DNA of 64,000 nucleotides from Macrostomum lignano. Lineage: Eukaryota. Under the pieces are notes generated by a model. That model was not told where the DNA came from. It worked only from the letters and a program-made list of their open reading frames with translations, and made no database searches. Location of the stretch: assembly GCA_002269645.1 (NCBI GenBank), contig NIVC01001040.1, forward strand, positions 62,001-126,000. The letters are read 5' to 3'. Both the position numbers and the translations under genes were made by a program. Position 1 is the first letter of the stretch; each line of letters starts with the position of its first letter. Shown here one piece after another: positions 62,768 through 64,000 of the stretch.

Positions 62768-63908
62768 AAGAGACAGGCTGGGATGAAGGGTGAGCGGCAG
62801 GGAGAGAGACAGGCTGGGATGAAGGGTGAGGGGCAGGGAGGGAGACAGGCTGGGATGTAGGGTGAGGGGCAGGGAGGGAGACAGGCTGGGATGTAGGGTG
62901 AGGGGCAGGGAGGGAGACAGGCTGGGATGTAGGGTGAGGGGCAGGGAGGGAGACAGGCTGGGATGTAGGGTGAGGGGCAGGGAGGGAGACAGGCTGGGAT
63001 GTAGGGTGAGGGCAGGGAGAGAGACATGCTGGGATGAAGGGTGAGGGGCAGGGAGGGAGACAGGCTGGGATGTAGGGTGAGGGGCAGGGAGGGAGACAGG
63101 CTGGGATGTAGGGTGAGGGGCAGGGAGGGAGACAGGCTGGGATGTAGGGTGAGGGGCAGGGAGAGAGACAGGCTGGGATGAAGGGTGAGGGGCAGGGAGG
63201 GAGACAGGCTGGGATGTAGGGTGAGGGGCAGGGAGAGAGACATGCTGGGATGAAGGGTGAGGGGCAGGGAGGGAGACAGGCTGGGATGTAGGGTGAGGGG
63301 CAGGGAGGGAGACAGGCTGGGATGTAGGGTGAGGGGCAGGGAGGGAGACAGGCTGGGATGTAGGGTGAGGGCAGGGAGGGAGACAGGCTGGGATGTAGGG
63401 TGAGGGCAGGGAGAGAGACAGGCTGGGATGAAGGGTGAGGGGCAGGGAGGGAGACAGGCTGGGATGTAGGGTGAGGGGCAGGGAGGGAGACAGGCTGGGA
63501 TGTAGGGTGAGGGCAGGAAGGGAGACAGGCTGGGATGTAGGGTGAGGGGCAGGGAGGGAGACAGGCTGGGATGTAGGGTGAGGGGCAGGGAGAGAGACAG
63601 GCTGGGATGAAGGGTGAGGGCAGGGAGGGAGACAGGCTGGGATGTAGGGTGAGGGCAGGAAGGGAGACAGGCTGGGATGTAGGGTGAGGGGCAGGAAGGG
63701 AGACAGGCTGGGATGTAGGGTGAGGGGCAGGGAGATACAGGCTGGATGTAGGGTGAGGGGCAGGGAGGGAGACAGGCTGGGATGTAGGGTGAGGGGCAGG
63801 AAGGGAGACAGGCTGGGATGTAGGGTGAGGGCAGGGAGGGAGACAGGCTGGGATGTAGGGTGAGGGGCAGGAAGGGAGACAGGCTGGGATGTAGGGTGAG
63901 GGGCAGGG
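62768..63908 (+). repeat. 36-bp G-rich minisatellite, copy B array 2
   Basis: Same unit as 36347-38419. Confidence 0.96.
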
Positions 63909-64000
63909 TTGGTCGCCGGCCCATGGGAGGGGCCAATATCGATACTGCATGGTTGGACACCCACAAAAACTCCAAGAAACATGAAAAAGCGCATAAAACC

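Larger units (their letters stand above)
39100..64000 (+). other. Segmental tandem duplication, copy B (truncated by the window end)
   Basis: Collinear with copy A apart from array length changes, three deletions and one composite insertion. Confidence 0.95.

Overview
Eukaryotic (animal) genomic DNA with spliceosomal GT-AG introns and an extreme minisatellite load. The style resembles a free-living flatworm such as Macrostomum, but that is inference. No rRNA, intact tRNA or CRISPR array is present, and most long ORFs in the track are artefacts of tandem repeats. The window is dominated by a ~29-kb direct tandem segmental duplication: copy A ~9320-38600, copy B ~39100-64000, running off the end. 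Copy A carries three minus-strand coding units. (1) A complete three-coding-exon oxytocin/vasopressin-type precursor (signal peptide, atypical nonapeptide CFMENCAPG-G-KKKR, 14-Cys neurophysin) that the ORF track misses because it is spliced. (2) A ~12-repeat ankyrin exon whose variation sits at the binding-surface positions and which ends at a consensus splice donor. (3) A two-exon STE11/MEKK-like kinase domain whose exon phase allows fusion to the ankyrin exon. In copy B, deletions with end-joining-type junctions removed the nonapeptide exon and the ankyrin 5' half, while the kinase remains open with strongly diverged substrate-facing loops. Mobile DNA includes an internally deleted mariner with ~198-bp TIRs, a tRNA-derived SINE, a Helitron-like insertion, and an array that looks like an amplified Helitron 3' end.
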